In this document: positions 7,744 through 15,779 of the stretch, piece by piece
Position numbering within the stretch: the stretch's first letter is position 1
Layout: the number at the start of each line of letters is the position of its first letter
DNA from: an uncultured Candidatus Saccharibacteria bacterium
GTDB taxonomy: Bacteria; Patescibacteriota; Minisyncoccia; UBA6257; 1-14-0-10-40-38
DNA length: 64,000 nucleotides
NCBI GenBank assembly: GCA_964434715.1
Contig: CAYSWC010000002.1
Span: forward strand, 10,609-74,608
Direction: 5' to 3'
The notes under the pieces: generated by a model
Told to the model about the DNA's origin: nothing
Database searches by the model: none
The model's input: the letters and a program-made list of their open reading frames with translations, nothing else
Position numbers and translations under genes: made by a program

Positions 7744-9471
7744 TTATTTAAGCTTTGCCACTTCTTGGCTAAGATATTTTCTCATTTTGGTGATGGTTTC
7801 GCTGATCCGGCTCATAAGAAATTCTCTTTCGTGCTTCCTCCGGGGATCAGCTTCTTCCGTAAAACCAGCGAGCGCTTTCAAATCAGTCTCAAGCAGGGTG
7901 CTGAATTTATCAAGATCGCGAAGGGCGATTACATCATAGGCGCTCCGCTTCTCTCTAAGCCGGATATAATACCAAGCGTAGAGGCTCACGCCGGAGGTAA
8001 CAAGCAAGATGACGATAACCAGTATTTCAAAAAATCCTAAATCAATAAAACCGATGGTAAGTACGCTTGGAGCTTTGACGCGAAGGGAAATTTCTTCCGG
8101 ATAACTTAAGGCGCCGCGTTCGTCGCGCGCTAAAACCAAAAGCTGATATTTGCTTTGTTCAAGTTTTTCATCAATGGCTAATTCCCATTTGCCAAAACCA
8201 TCGGGTGAGACAGTCTTTTTCACGATTTCCTGACCGCTTGAATTTAAAAGCGCCAGATCAACGAAACTGTTGGGGATGGATTTGCCGGCAATAAATATCG
8301 GCTCGCCTTGAGCAACTGATCTAGTCACAAATTCAATCGTCGGCTGGGGCAACGGCAAAATCTCAAATTCCAAATCATCCTCAATGCTGTTACCGGCAAA
8401 ATCAAATACCCGAACTAAAGCCAAATGTTTTCCCGGGGGTTGGGGCGGCAATCTATCTGTAGCCGCGGCTGATCTTAAAATCTCTCTGCCGTCAACAAAA
8501 ATCAGCGCTTCTTTAAGTCCTGACAAACTGTCTTGGGTGGCATGCCGGATCTCGGGCGCCGGATTATCGCTTACCGCCGCATCAATCTCAATCTCAAAAG
8601 GTAAAGGAGCGGTAGTATCAATAGCAATCCGAAAGTTGGCAACCGGTCCCCAGCCGAAATTATTCTTAAACTGAACATGCAAAAACCAAATGCCTTGTTC
8701 AAGGATGCCGAAATTTTTGCCGGTAAAAAGTTCCGGCTCCGGCGCTCCGGGATCAGTATTGGGATTGGTATCCAAGGCCGTTGCTACCGAGACAACGTCC
8801 GGGGATACCTCCCAAAGAGCAATTGTCTCACCCAGCTGGTTGTACCAAGTATCAGGTTCTGGATAAAGCGGTACTCTCAAAACCGGTTTTTCCGGCAAAC
8901 CGCGGGCAGGAATAGCTGGCCTCACTACTTTTTCCGGTTCTTCTCTTATAACCGCTGGGGGCGGCGAGACGCTTGGCCGAGTTTGGCTTACACCTATGGT
9001 TACCGCCGCGCCTTTAATCTCTTCCAAGACATTGGTTCCTTTGCCGTCGCTCGCGGTTACCACTGCCTCCTGAATTTCAAGAGCCGCCGTTCCCGCGCCC
9101 CGGGCTTTAAATTTCAGCCGCAGAATCTGAAGCGTCTCGCCGGATACTCCCTTGGCAGTGCCGCCGATAAAACTCAAGGTGCCGTCTTCGTTGGAGATAA
9201 TTGGCTCCTCCACCCAAAAATTAAAGATTGAACCGGTTTTATCGGCCTCAATGAGTTCTAAAACGCCGGGCGGGAAATGCACCGTCCCTTGAGCGGCATT
9301 AATAAAAGCTTCTTCAGTATTAACCTTAAGATCTAGGATCAATTCTTCACCGGCACCAGCCTGCTGACTTTCGGGAAACAAAAATAAAGTGGTTGCCTCG
9401 GCTCTTGCCGCTAACGCTGTCAAAATAAAAGCGGCGAGCATCAATAAGTATAAGTATTTGTAAGGATTCAT
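7744..9471 (-). CDS. cohesin-like domain surface protein with C-terminal membrane anchor
   Basis: Signal peptide (MLAAFILTALAARAEA). The N-terminal roughly 140 aa follow the cohesin pattern (LDLKVNT..INAAQGTVHFPPGVLELIE...GTLSFIGG...LKFKARGAGTAALEI). TM FFEILVIVILLVTSGVSLYAWYYI near the C-terminus, then a charged tail. Confidence 0.6.
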   Translation of the reverse strand: MNPYKYLYLLMLAAFILTALAARAEATTLFLFPESQQAGAGEELILDLKVNTEEAFINAAQGTVHFPPGVLELIEADKTGSIFNFWVEEPIISNEDGTLSFIGGTAKGVSGETLQILRLKFKARGAGTAALEIQEAVVTASDGKGTNVLEEIKGAAVTIGVSQTRPSVSPPPAVIREEPEKVVRPAIPARGLPEKPVLRVPLYPEPDTWYNQLGETIALWEVSPDVVSVATALDTNPNTDPGAPEPELFTGKNFGILEQGIWFLHVQFKNNFGWGPVANFRIAIDTTAPLPFEIEIDAAVSDNPAPEIRHATQDSLSGLKEALIFVDGREILRSAAATDRLPPQPPGKHLALVRVFDFAGNSIEDDLEFEILPLPQPTIEFVTRSVAQGEPIFIAGKSIPNSFVDLALLNSSGQEIVKKTVSPDGFGKWELAIDEKLEQSKYQLLVLARDERGALSYPEEISLRVKAPSVLTIGFIDLGFFEILVIVILLVTSGVSLYAWYYIRLREKRSAYDVIALRDLDKFSTLLETDLKALAGFTEEADPRRKHEREFLMSRISETITKMRKYLSQEVAKLK

Positions 9472-9486
9472 CTTTACTTAATTGTA

Positions 9487-10917
9487 TTATATTTTTATGG
9501 CTTTTAAAAACAGGCTAAAGTCGGCAATATCCACCCGACTGTTCCCGTCCAAATCATTTTTGAGGCGAGCCGTTGCATCTTTTGTCCCCCAGCGGGAAAG
9601 AAAAATACTCCAATCAGTGATGTTCACGCGATCATCATTGTTAAAATCAGCTGCCGGCAGGGCGAGCGCTGAAATTTTAAAAGCCGCCGGCAGGGAAAAA
9701 CCGCTTTTCCGGCCGTCCGGAATTAACGCACGGGTTTTTAAATAATAAGTCCCAAACTCCATGCTCCCAGTGGTAGTGGAAAACTCGTAAAAACCTTGGG
9801 GATCGGAAGTTGTCTCTCCGAAAAGCTGCTCGCCAGAGAAAATCTCAATCCGGCTATTGGGAGCGGCATAACCTGAAACCGCAATCGGGTTGCCGCGTCC
9901 AACCGCCGCCTGCCGAATCCCCAATGTCGGCGGCACCAAAATATCTTTAGCCACCAAGTCGCTGTAAGTAAGGTTGACGTTAAAAGAAATAATGCCGGTC
10001 TTCCGGCCGTCTTGATCCTCGGCTCTAAGGGCAAAAAAATATTCAGCGCCGATCAAGCCTTGGTAAATAATAAAGAAAGTTCCATCCTCGTGAATCACGC
10101 TTGAGCTGGCAAACGGCTCATTGGGATAGCTTGCATCAAGAAAACTTTTTCGAAAAACCTCAATTTTACTTCCCGGATAAGCCTGACCGGAAAATTCTAT
10201 CCGAGACGGCAAAACTCCGCCGCCTCCTCCGCCTCCTGATGGCGGCGGTTCTGGCGGAGGTGGCGGAGGTGGGGGCGGAGGGCCGCCATCCGGCGGCGGA
10301 GGCGGAGGTGGTGGAGGCGGCGGAGGCGGTGAAAAAGTATAAGTAAAAACAACTGAAATCTGACTGATTCTAATTGTCCGATTGGTGGCTCCGGTAATGG
10401 CTGACCCTATTTCCAAATCAGTGGCCGGCGTTTTGGTAATGTTTAACCCAGTAAAGGACTGTGTACCTTGAGTGTAATTCAAGCCCGGAACAATATCACT
10501 CCCGGCATTAGTGCAGACGCCGTCAACACAACCGCGCACCTTAAAAGCATTGGATTGTCCGGTAGCCGCCTTCCTATGACAGACCGTAATATCGGCCTGG
10601 TTGATAACGGCGCCATCAGGAATGCTTAATTCATCAATTTCAAAAGTCTGGCTGGCTCCGGCGGCGCCCCCGGCAATATAGGTAAGGTCACCGTCGCTCG
10701 AGGTGCTGCAGGACGAACCGCTGGATTCATTTACTTCCAAAAAGCAATCGGCACCGCTGCAGGCGGCGCCTCCTTTATTTGACCAAAGAGAACTATCATC
10801 GGTCCCATCAGAGACGGGACGCAAGATACCGGTAGTGTCAGCGTAAGCAAAATTAATCGGAAGCAGAACCGAAATAATAAAAATCAGAGCAACGAAATAA
10901 TATTTTTTGATGCTCAT
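9487..10917 (-). CDS. secreted protein with Pro/Gly linker and C-terminal dockerin domain
   Basis: Signal peptide. The C-terminus holds two dockerin-type Ca-binding repeats, DFNNDDRVNITDWSIFLSRWG and DLDGNSRVDIADFSLFLKAI. Central P13-DGG-P10-EPPPSG7 linker. Confidence 0.65.
   Translation of the reverse strand: MSIKKYYFVALIFIISVLLPINFAYADTTGILRPVSDGTDDSSLWSNKGGAACSGADCFLEVNESSGSSCSTSSDGDLTYIAGGAAGASQTFEIDELSIPDGAVINQADITVCHRKAATGQSNAFKVRGCVDGVCTNAGSDIVPGLNYTQGTQSFTGLNITKTPATDLEIGSAITGATNRTIRISQISVVFTYTFSPPPPPPPPPPPPPDGGPPPPPPPPPPEPPPSGGGGGGGVLPSRIEFSGQAYPGSKIEVFRKSFLDASYPNEPFASSSVIHEDGTFFIIYQGLIGAEYFFALRAEDQDGRKTGIISFNVNLTYSDLVAKDILVPPTLGIRQAAVGRGNPIAVSGYAAPNSRIEIFSGEQLFGETTSDPQGFYEFSTTTGSMEFGTYYLKTRALIPDGRKSGFSLPAAFKISALALPAADFNNDDRVNITDWSIFLSRWGTKDATARLKNDLDGNSRVDIADFSLFLKAIKI
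10216..10330 (-). repeat. low-complexity (CCN)n/(GGN)n tract encoding the poly-Pro/poly-Gly linker
   Basis: The plus strand reads ccgccgcctcctccgcctcctgatggcggcggttctggcggaggtggcggaggtggg... and translates on the minus strand to [38 protein letters not shown]. Confidence 0.8.
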
Positions 10918-11318
10918 TGCTGTTCCTTGCCTGGCGGATGCTGTTCTTTGCCAAAGAAGTTTTTGATTTTCTCCAAAATTTCCGCGACCGCATGCTGGGA
11001 CTTGACAATATAATCATTGGCGCCGAGCTGGAGCCCCTTTTTAATATCCTCATCACTCCCGAGCATGGTGAGGATAATAACTGGAATGGTCTTAGTGTCC
11101 GGCGCCCGCTTGAGTTCTTCTAAAACTTCAAAACCGTGCTTCTTGGGCAGAATCAAATCCAAAAGCACCAGCGCCGGCTTCTTCTCCCGAGTGAGGCGCA
11201 AACCCTCTTCGCCGTCAAAAGCTTGAATGACTTCAAAACCGGCGTCTTCCAGCTCCTCATAAACTACTTTGGAGAGAATCTCGTCGTCTTCAATTAAGAC
11301 AATTTTATTTTTGAACAT
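10914..11318 (-). CDS. single-domain response regulator (CheY-like receiver)
   Basis: Receiver motifs IEDDE, LVLLDLILP (phospho-acceptor Asp), PVIILT and KS. Its stop overlaps the dockerin gene start by 4 nt. Confidence 0.85.
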   Translation of the reverse strand: MFKNKIVLIEDDEILSKVVYEELEDAGFEVIQAFDGEEGLRLTREKKPALVLLDLILPKKHGFEVLEELKRAPDTKTIPVIILTMLGSDEDIKKGLQLGANDYIVKSQHAVAEILEKIKNFFGKEQHPPGKEQQ

Positions 11319-11359
11319 AGTTTTATTATATCAAAGAATTTCCTTCCTTGCTATTCCCG

Positions 11360-12418
11360 CTAGGCAAAGGTTTTCTCGCCGGTCTTGACCTCTGATTTTA
11401 AGGGCAACTCCGCATAAAAAGTTGAGCCGCGGCCCAGTTCTGACTCAAACCAGATTTTACCGCCCAAAAGCTCCACCGCCTGACGGGCGATGTAGAGCCC
11501 CAAGCCGGTGCCGTCGGTCTTAATCAGTTTGGCGTTGGCAGCCCGTTTGAATTTCTCAAAAATATGCGGCTGTTCCTCCTTGGGAATACCGATGCCGGTA
11601 TCGCGCACTTTAAAGATAAAAGTTTGGGGCTTTTCTTGAAGTGAAAGCTCAATCGTGCCTCCTTCCCCGGTGTATTCAACGGCGTTGGAAACCAGCGATT
11701 GAACAATGTTGCGGAGCGCGTTAGGATCAATCAAAATCTCGAGACGCTCGGGATACTGCTTAAAAGTCAGGATAATATTTTTCTTGGCGCATAAAGGCAT
11801 ACATTCGGAAAAATAATCTTTGATAAATGAGGTAAGCTCCAAAGGTTGGGGAATAATTGTCATCTTGCCGGCTTCAAGGCGCGAGACATTCAAGAGTATA
11901 TCAACTAAAGTGTTGAGACGCCCGATGCTCATCCGGACATCATTTAGATATTCAACTGCCTCGAGCGAAAGATTTTGAGTTTTAAGAACCCGCTCAATCA
12001 CCCACTGGATTCCAGTTAAGGGCGTGCGCAGCTGATGAGAGGCGACGGAGACAAATTCCGCTTCTTCTTCTTCGGCTTCTTTAACCTTGGTTATATCTTC
12101 AAACATAATCAAAAGGCCGCCTTTAATCGGCTCGCCGCTGATTTTAAGGAAAGTTGTTTTGCCGTCTGTTTTGAGTTCCAGTGATGAAATAAGAAATTGG
12201 GAGAGATTATTAAGCTTGACGGCGAGCGGCTCATGGAGTTCGGGAATGTCTTTGATAAATTCCAGAGTGTCGCTCCCCACTGCCGCGGCCGGGGAAATTT
12301 TCTTAGCCAAAAGATCAAGGGCTTTTTGATTAACTGCCGTGAGGCGCCCTTGCTCATCAATGACAAAAACGCCGATCGGCAAAACGGCAACCAAAGAAGT
12401 CAAAAAATCTTTCTCCAT
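11360..12418 (-). CDS. cytoplasmic sensor histidine kinase (PAS-like + HisKA + HATPase_c)
   Basis: H-box SHQLRTPLT, N-box NAVEYT, G-boxes DTGIGI and GTGLGLYIARQ. No TM segments. Confidence 0.85.
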   Translation of the reverse strand: MEKDFLTSLVAVLPIGVFVIDEQGRLTAVNQKALDLLAKKISPAAAVGSDTLEFIKDIPELHEPLAVKLNNLSQFLISSLELKTDGKTTFLKISGEPIKGGLLIMFEDITKVKEAEEEEAEFVSVASHQLRTPLTGIQWVIERVLKTQNLSLEAVEYLNDVRMSIGRLNTLVDILLNVSRLEAGKMTIIPQPLELTSFIKDYFSECMPLCAKKNIILTFKQYPERLEILIDPNALRNIVQSLVSNAVEYTGEGGTIELSLQEKPQTFIFKVRDTGIGIPKEEQPHIFEKFKRAANAKLIKTDGTGLGLYIARQAVELLGGKIWFESELGRGSTFYAELPLKSEVKTGEKTFA

Positions 12419-12490
12419 TTCTTAATTCATCATTCGCATGGGCGCATTCGCATTGCCGGAGCCGCTAGGCGGAGGCGCGCTTTTCGCATG

Positions 12491-13414
12491 CTAAATCTTG
12501 AGATACTTGCGTATGGCAATGGCGCCGGAAACTACGCCCAAGAAAATCCCCAAGAGCAGCTGATAGCCCAAAAGTTTAAAAAGATTGGCGAAAAAATAAT
12601 TGCTGACATCCGTCTCCGGTATAAAAGACTGAATATAAGGCGAACTCAAGTTAATAAAAGGCCCGCTCACGATCAGGCTTAAAATGGCAGCCAAAATGCC
12701 AAAAATAACCGCCTCCACAATATAGGGGCCGTTAATAAAGACGTTCGAGGCGCCGACCAGCCGCATAATGCCGATTTCCTCTCGGTTGGAGTAAATGGCC
12801 AGCCGGATGGTGTTAAAAGTCACGAGGATGGCGGTAAAAGCCAAGAAAACAGTCAGCGCCCAGCCCAGCCGCTCCACCGTATCCACAATTTTGGCGAGCC
12901 GTTCAATGGCCAAACGGCTCTGGGTAAAAGTCACCCGTTCAATCAATTCTTTGAAATTATCATTGTCAAGATAGGCGGCAATAATCGCGTAATCTTCAGG
13001 ATTGTGAGCCTTGATATTCAAAGATGCCAAAAGCGGGTTGTCCCCCAATTCGGTCAGAGCTTGGGTAATCACCGGATCGCCTTGGTGCCGCTCTTTAAAA
13101 ATCTCCAGGGCTTTATCGCGGGAAACATATTCAACGCTTTTGACTTCTTTTAAGCTCTCCAGTGAATTTCTGACTTTTAAAATGTCGTCTTCGGGCGCGC
13201 TGGTTTTAAAATAAACGCTGATGTCAATTTTATCCTCAAGCGAAGCAATGGCCGTCTCGGTTAAGACATTAAAAATAATCAGCCCCTCAAAAACCATGAG
13301 CGCCAAAACCATCACAATGATGGTAGCCGCCGATACCAAACCGTTCCGCCAGAAACTCTGAACGCCGTATTTGATTATTCGGAAAAGAGTCGTAACCATA
13401 TTCGCTTCGCTCAC
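12491..13414 (-). CDS. ftsX: cell division permease FtsX
   Basis: Four-TM FtsX topology with a large first extracytoplasmic loop. Lies downstream of ftsE. Confidence 0.8.
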   Translation of the reverse strand: MSEANMVTTLFRIIKYGVQSFWRNGLVSAATIIVMVLALMVFEGLIIFNVLTETAIASLEDKIDISVYFKTSAPEDDILKVRNSLESLKEVKSVEYVSRDKALEIFKERHQGDPVITQALTELGDNPLLASLNIKAHNPEDYAIIAAYLDNDNFKELIERVTFTQSRLAIERLAKIVDTVERLGWALTVFLAFTAILVTFNTIRLAIYSNREEIGIMRLVGASNVFINGPYIVEAVIFGILAAILSLIVSGPFINLSSPYIQSFIPETDVSNYFFANLFKLLGYQLLLGIFLGVVSGAIAIRKYLKI

Positions 13415-13524
13415 ATGATACCAATATACTAATGGATACGAATGATACTAATCATACAAATATCCGTATTAGTATTATTTGTATCATTAGCATGCATTCG
13501 TATATTAGTATTACTACTTGCCTG

Positions 13525-14208
13525 CTAGGCAAGTGCATACTTGGCTTTTTCTTCGTCTCTAATTATTTTACCATCAGCCAGCGTGATAACCCGCTTATGG
13601 AGTAAATTCACCACATGCTTGTTGTGAGTGGCTAAAATCACGGTGGTGCCCAGCTCGTGAATTTTGGAAATTAAACGCACAATCTCTTCGCTATTAGCTT
13701 CGTCAAGATTGCCTGTCGGCTCATCAGCAATCAAGACTGCCGGCCGGTGAATCATGGCCCGGGCAATGGCTACCCGCTGTTTTTCTCCGCCCGAGAGTTC
13801 ATGCGGAAAATTGTGCTGTTTATCAAGCAAGCCCACCATATCCAAAACTTGCGGCACCAAATCCTCTATCTCATGCTGGCTGCGGCCTTCAACTTCCAAA
13901 GCAAAGGCGACATTTTCATAGGCGTTTTTTCTCGGCAATAATTTAAAATCCTGAAACACAATGCCGATCTGCCGGCGAAGTTCCGGCAGCTGCTTGGGAT
14001 GAAGTTTATTAACTTCATAAGCGCCGAAAACCACCCGGCCCTTGGTTGGCTTCTCTTCGCCGATCAGAAGCTTAATCAAGGTTGACTTGCCAGCGCCCGA
14101 TTTGCCGACAATTGAAACAAACTCGCTGGGCTTAATTTCCAGATCAATATCTTCCAAGGCAATGGCGTTATGGTTGTAGATTTTTGAAACCTTATGGAAT
14201 CCGATCAT
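13525..14208 (-). CDS. ftsE: cell division ATP-binding protein FtsE
   Basis: Walker A GKSGAGKST, ABC signature LSGGEKQR and Walker B VLIADEPT. 227 aa. Confidence 0.85.
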   Translation of the reverse strand: MIGFHKVSKIYNHNAIALEDIDLEIKPSEFVSIVGKSGAGKSTLIKLLIGEEKPTKGRVVFGAYEVNKLHPKQLPELRRQIGIVFQDFKLLPRKNAYENVAFALEVEGRSQHEIEDLVPQVLDMVGLLDKQHNFPHELSGGEKQRVAIARAMIHRPAVLIADEPTGNLDEANSEEIVRLISKIHELGTTVILATHNKHVVNLLHKRVITLADGKIIRDEEKAKYALA

Positions 14209-14210
14209 CT

Positions 14211-14936
14211 CTATAATTGTAACTCACTCTCTATAAACTTGTCGAGGTTGCCATCCAAAACTTCTTCCGGCTCGTGGGAAACCGTGCCGGTGCGGTGGTC
14301 TTTGACTTGTTTATAAGGATGCAAAACATAGGAGCGGATCTGATTACCCCATTCGGGCTTGACTTTGGTGCGCAGTTCGGAAAGCTCCTTTGCCTGTTTT
14401 TCTTCCATCAGGTGAAAAAGTTTTGATTTGAGGAGCTGAATGGCTTTTTCCCGGTTTTGCGCCTGCGAACGTTCGGCGCGATAAGAAACAACAATGCCGG
14501 TCGGCTTATGGAGGACGCGCACCGCCGTTTCCACCTTATTGACATTCTGCCCGCCCGGGCCGCCGGCGCGCGAAAAAGAAACTTCCAGATCATCATCCGG
14601 AATAACAAAATGTCTGAACTCAAGCGGCGACAATATCGGCACCACTTCAACCAAGGCAAAAGAAGTATGCCGCAGTTTTTTAGCGGAAAAAGGGGAAATT
14701 CTAACCAGCCGGTGAACACCGGTTTCCTTTTTAAGAGTGCCGTAAGCATACTCGCCCCTTACCTCCATGGCCCGATCATCGGTTTGAACCGTCTTCCAGT
14801 TACGCTTTTCGGCATAACGCGAGTACATCCGAAAAAGCATATCAGCCCAATCCTTGGCATCATCGCCTCCCACGCCGGCGTAAATCGTTAAATGAGCCGG
14901 AAGTTTATCGTATTTACCCGTTAGTGCTTGAAACAT
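14211..14936 (-). CDS. prfB: peptide chain release factor 2 lacking the N-terminal domain 1
   Basis: SPF tripeptide ([16 protein letters not shown]), GGQ motif ([16 protein letters not shown]) and C-terminal [15 protein letters not shown]. The ORF begins at the position equivalent to about residue 118 of E. coli RF2 (from memory). Confidence 0.8.
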   Translation of the reverse strand: MFQALTGKYDKLPAHLTIYAGVGGDDAKDWADMLFRMYSRYAEKRNWKTVQTDDRAMEVRGEYAYGTLKKETGVHRLVRISPFSAKKLRHTSFALVEVVPILSPLEFRHFVIPDDDLEVSFSRAGGPGGQNVNKVETAVRVLHKPTGIVVSYRAERSQAQNREKAIQLLKSKLFHLMEEKQAKELSELRTKVKPEWGNQIRSYVLHPYKQVKDHRTGTVSHEPEEVLDGNLDKFIESELQL

Positions 14937-14966
14937 AATAAATTAAAAATCGCGATTGACGCGATT
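14937..14966 (-). terminator. candidate intrinsic terminator directly upstream of prfB
   Basis: Minus strand aatcgcg-tcaat-cgcgatt (7-bp stem) followed by tttaatttatt, then the prfB ATG. Confidence 0.45.
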
Positions 14967-15076
14967 CTCTCGACTATATCATAAATCCAAAAAAGAATCC
15001 ATGAAGAAAAAGAAAAGGCGCCCAGAAGGACAATGTCTTTGGACGCCTTGTGTTGCGGGGGAGTGATGGCTCTCGC

Positions 15077-15450
15077 TTAAGCCGGAACCCGCGCGAAGGA
15101 GGCGAGCTCCTCCTCGCTGGTGCCGATATCGGCGAACGATAGGCTGCCCTTGCGGAGCTCACTGGTATCCGATCAACGATTCCACTGCTGGGCGATGATC
15201 TCAAAGCCTTTGGCTCGAAGTTCCTCGAGTTCCTCCTCGCTGGTGCCGATGTCGGCGAGCGAGAAATTGCCCCTACGAGCTTCCTCGCGAACGAGGCCGA
15301 TGAAAAAATCGTACTGGTCGGTGCCGCTACGCAGGAAACCAAGCAACTCCTGGGCGGCGATCTTACAGCCTTTGACCCGAAGTTCCTCGAGTTCCTCCTC
15401 GCTGGTGCCGATATCGGCGAACGATAGGCTGCCCTTGCGGAGTTCCTCGC
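15077..15450 (-). repeat. three tandem ~111-nt coding repeats (37-aa units)
   Basis: A roughly 50-nt near-identical core (ctcctcctcgctggtgccgatatcggcgaacgataggctgcccttgcggag) occurs at about 15108-15158 and 15384-15434, with a diverged middle copy at about 15225-15275. Each encodes ...(L/F)(S/A)DIGTSEEELEELR... Confidence 0.75.
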
Positions 15451-15547
15451 GGATGTAGATGATCCACATCCACCCATCGTAGGTGCTCTCGCGTAGGTAG
15501 CCGAGCCACTGCTGGACTCTCGCTTTGTTATCACTCATAGCCGTCAT
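15173..15547 (-). CDS. acidic tandem-repeat protein, candidate RHS immunity protein
   Basis: 124-aa ORF downstream of the RHS gene on the same strand, with GC-rich composition like the RHS core. Two 37-aa repeats. Its stop is an in-frame TGA followed by a third repeat. Confidence 0.5.
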   Translation of the reverse strand: MTAMSDNKARVQQWLGYLRESTYDGWMWIIYIREELRKGSLSFADIGTSEEELEELRVKGCKIAAQELLGFLRSGTDQYDFFIGLVREEARRGNFSLADIGTSEEELEELRAKGFEIIAQQWNR

Positions 15548-15779
15548 CCCTTTCCTAGTTTGGAATGTGCGATCGAGTCGAAATGACCCGATTATTACGC
15601 TATTACAAGTATAGCATACATATGTATGTATGTCAAGTCAAATGGCCCTCTCTGCGAGGAAACTCGGGGGTCAACTTTGGGATCAGGCACTAGAATTGAC
15701 ATAGGCACCAAGGCTACATATTTAATCTTAAATGCCTGACACTAATTTTTCCGTTTTTCGTTTACTCGGAACCCGGTAC

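Noticed and set aside
10216-10330. (GGN)n/(CCN)n tract considered as a phase-variation or slippage site, or as a repeat array.
   Set aside because: It is not a homopolymer or a strict short tandem repeat. Codons vary, and it simply encodes a Pro/Gly linker.
14211-14975. Programmed +1 frameshift typical of prfB as an explanation for the short RF2 ORF.
   Set aside because: The ORF starts about 90 codons too late for that. The 37 nt upstream are a hairpin plus a T-run with no short upstream ORF or CTT-TGA-C-type site. The sequence beyond belongs to the GC-rich repeat gene region.
15173-15175. The in-frame TGA followed by a homologous repeat suggested an alternative genetic code (UGA recoded, as in Gracilibacteria/SR1).
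   Set aside because: TGA terminates other well-defined genes here, for example the pilin at 64-66. An RF2 with an SPF motif is encoded. Conserved proteins translate at full length under code 11 without internal TGA.
14974-15534. 186-aa minus-strand ORF rich in Ser/Ala/Arg/Pro overlapping the repeat gene.
   Set aside because: It is an alternative frame of the GC-rich repeat region with low-complexity composition. The 15173-15547 frame gives a coherent repeat protein instead.
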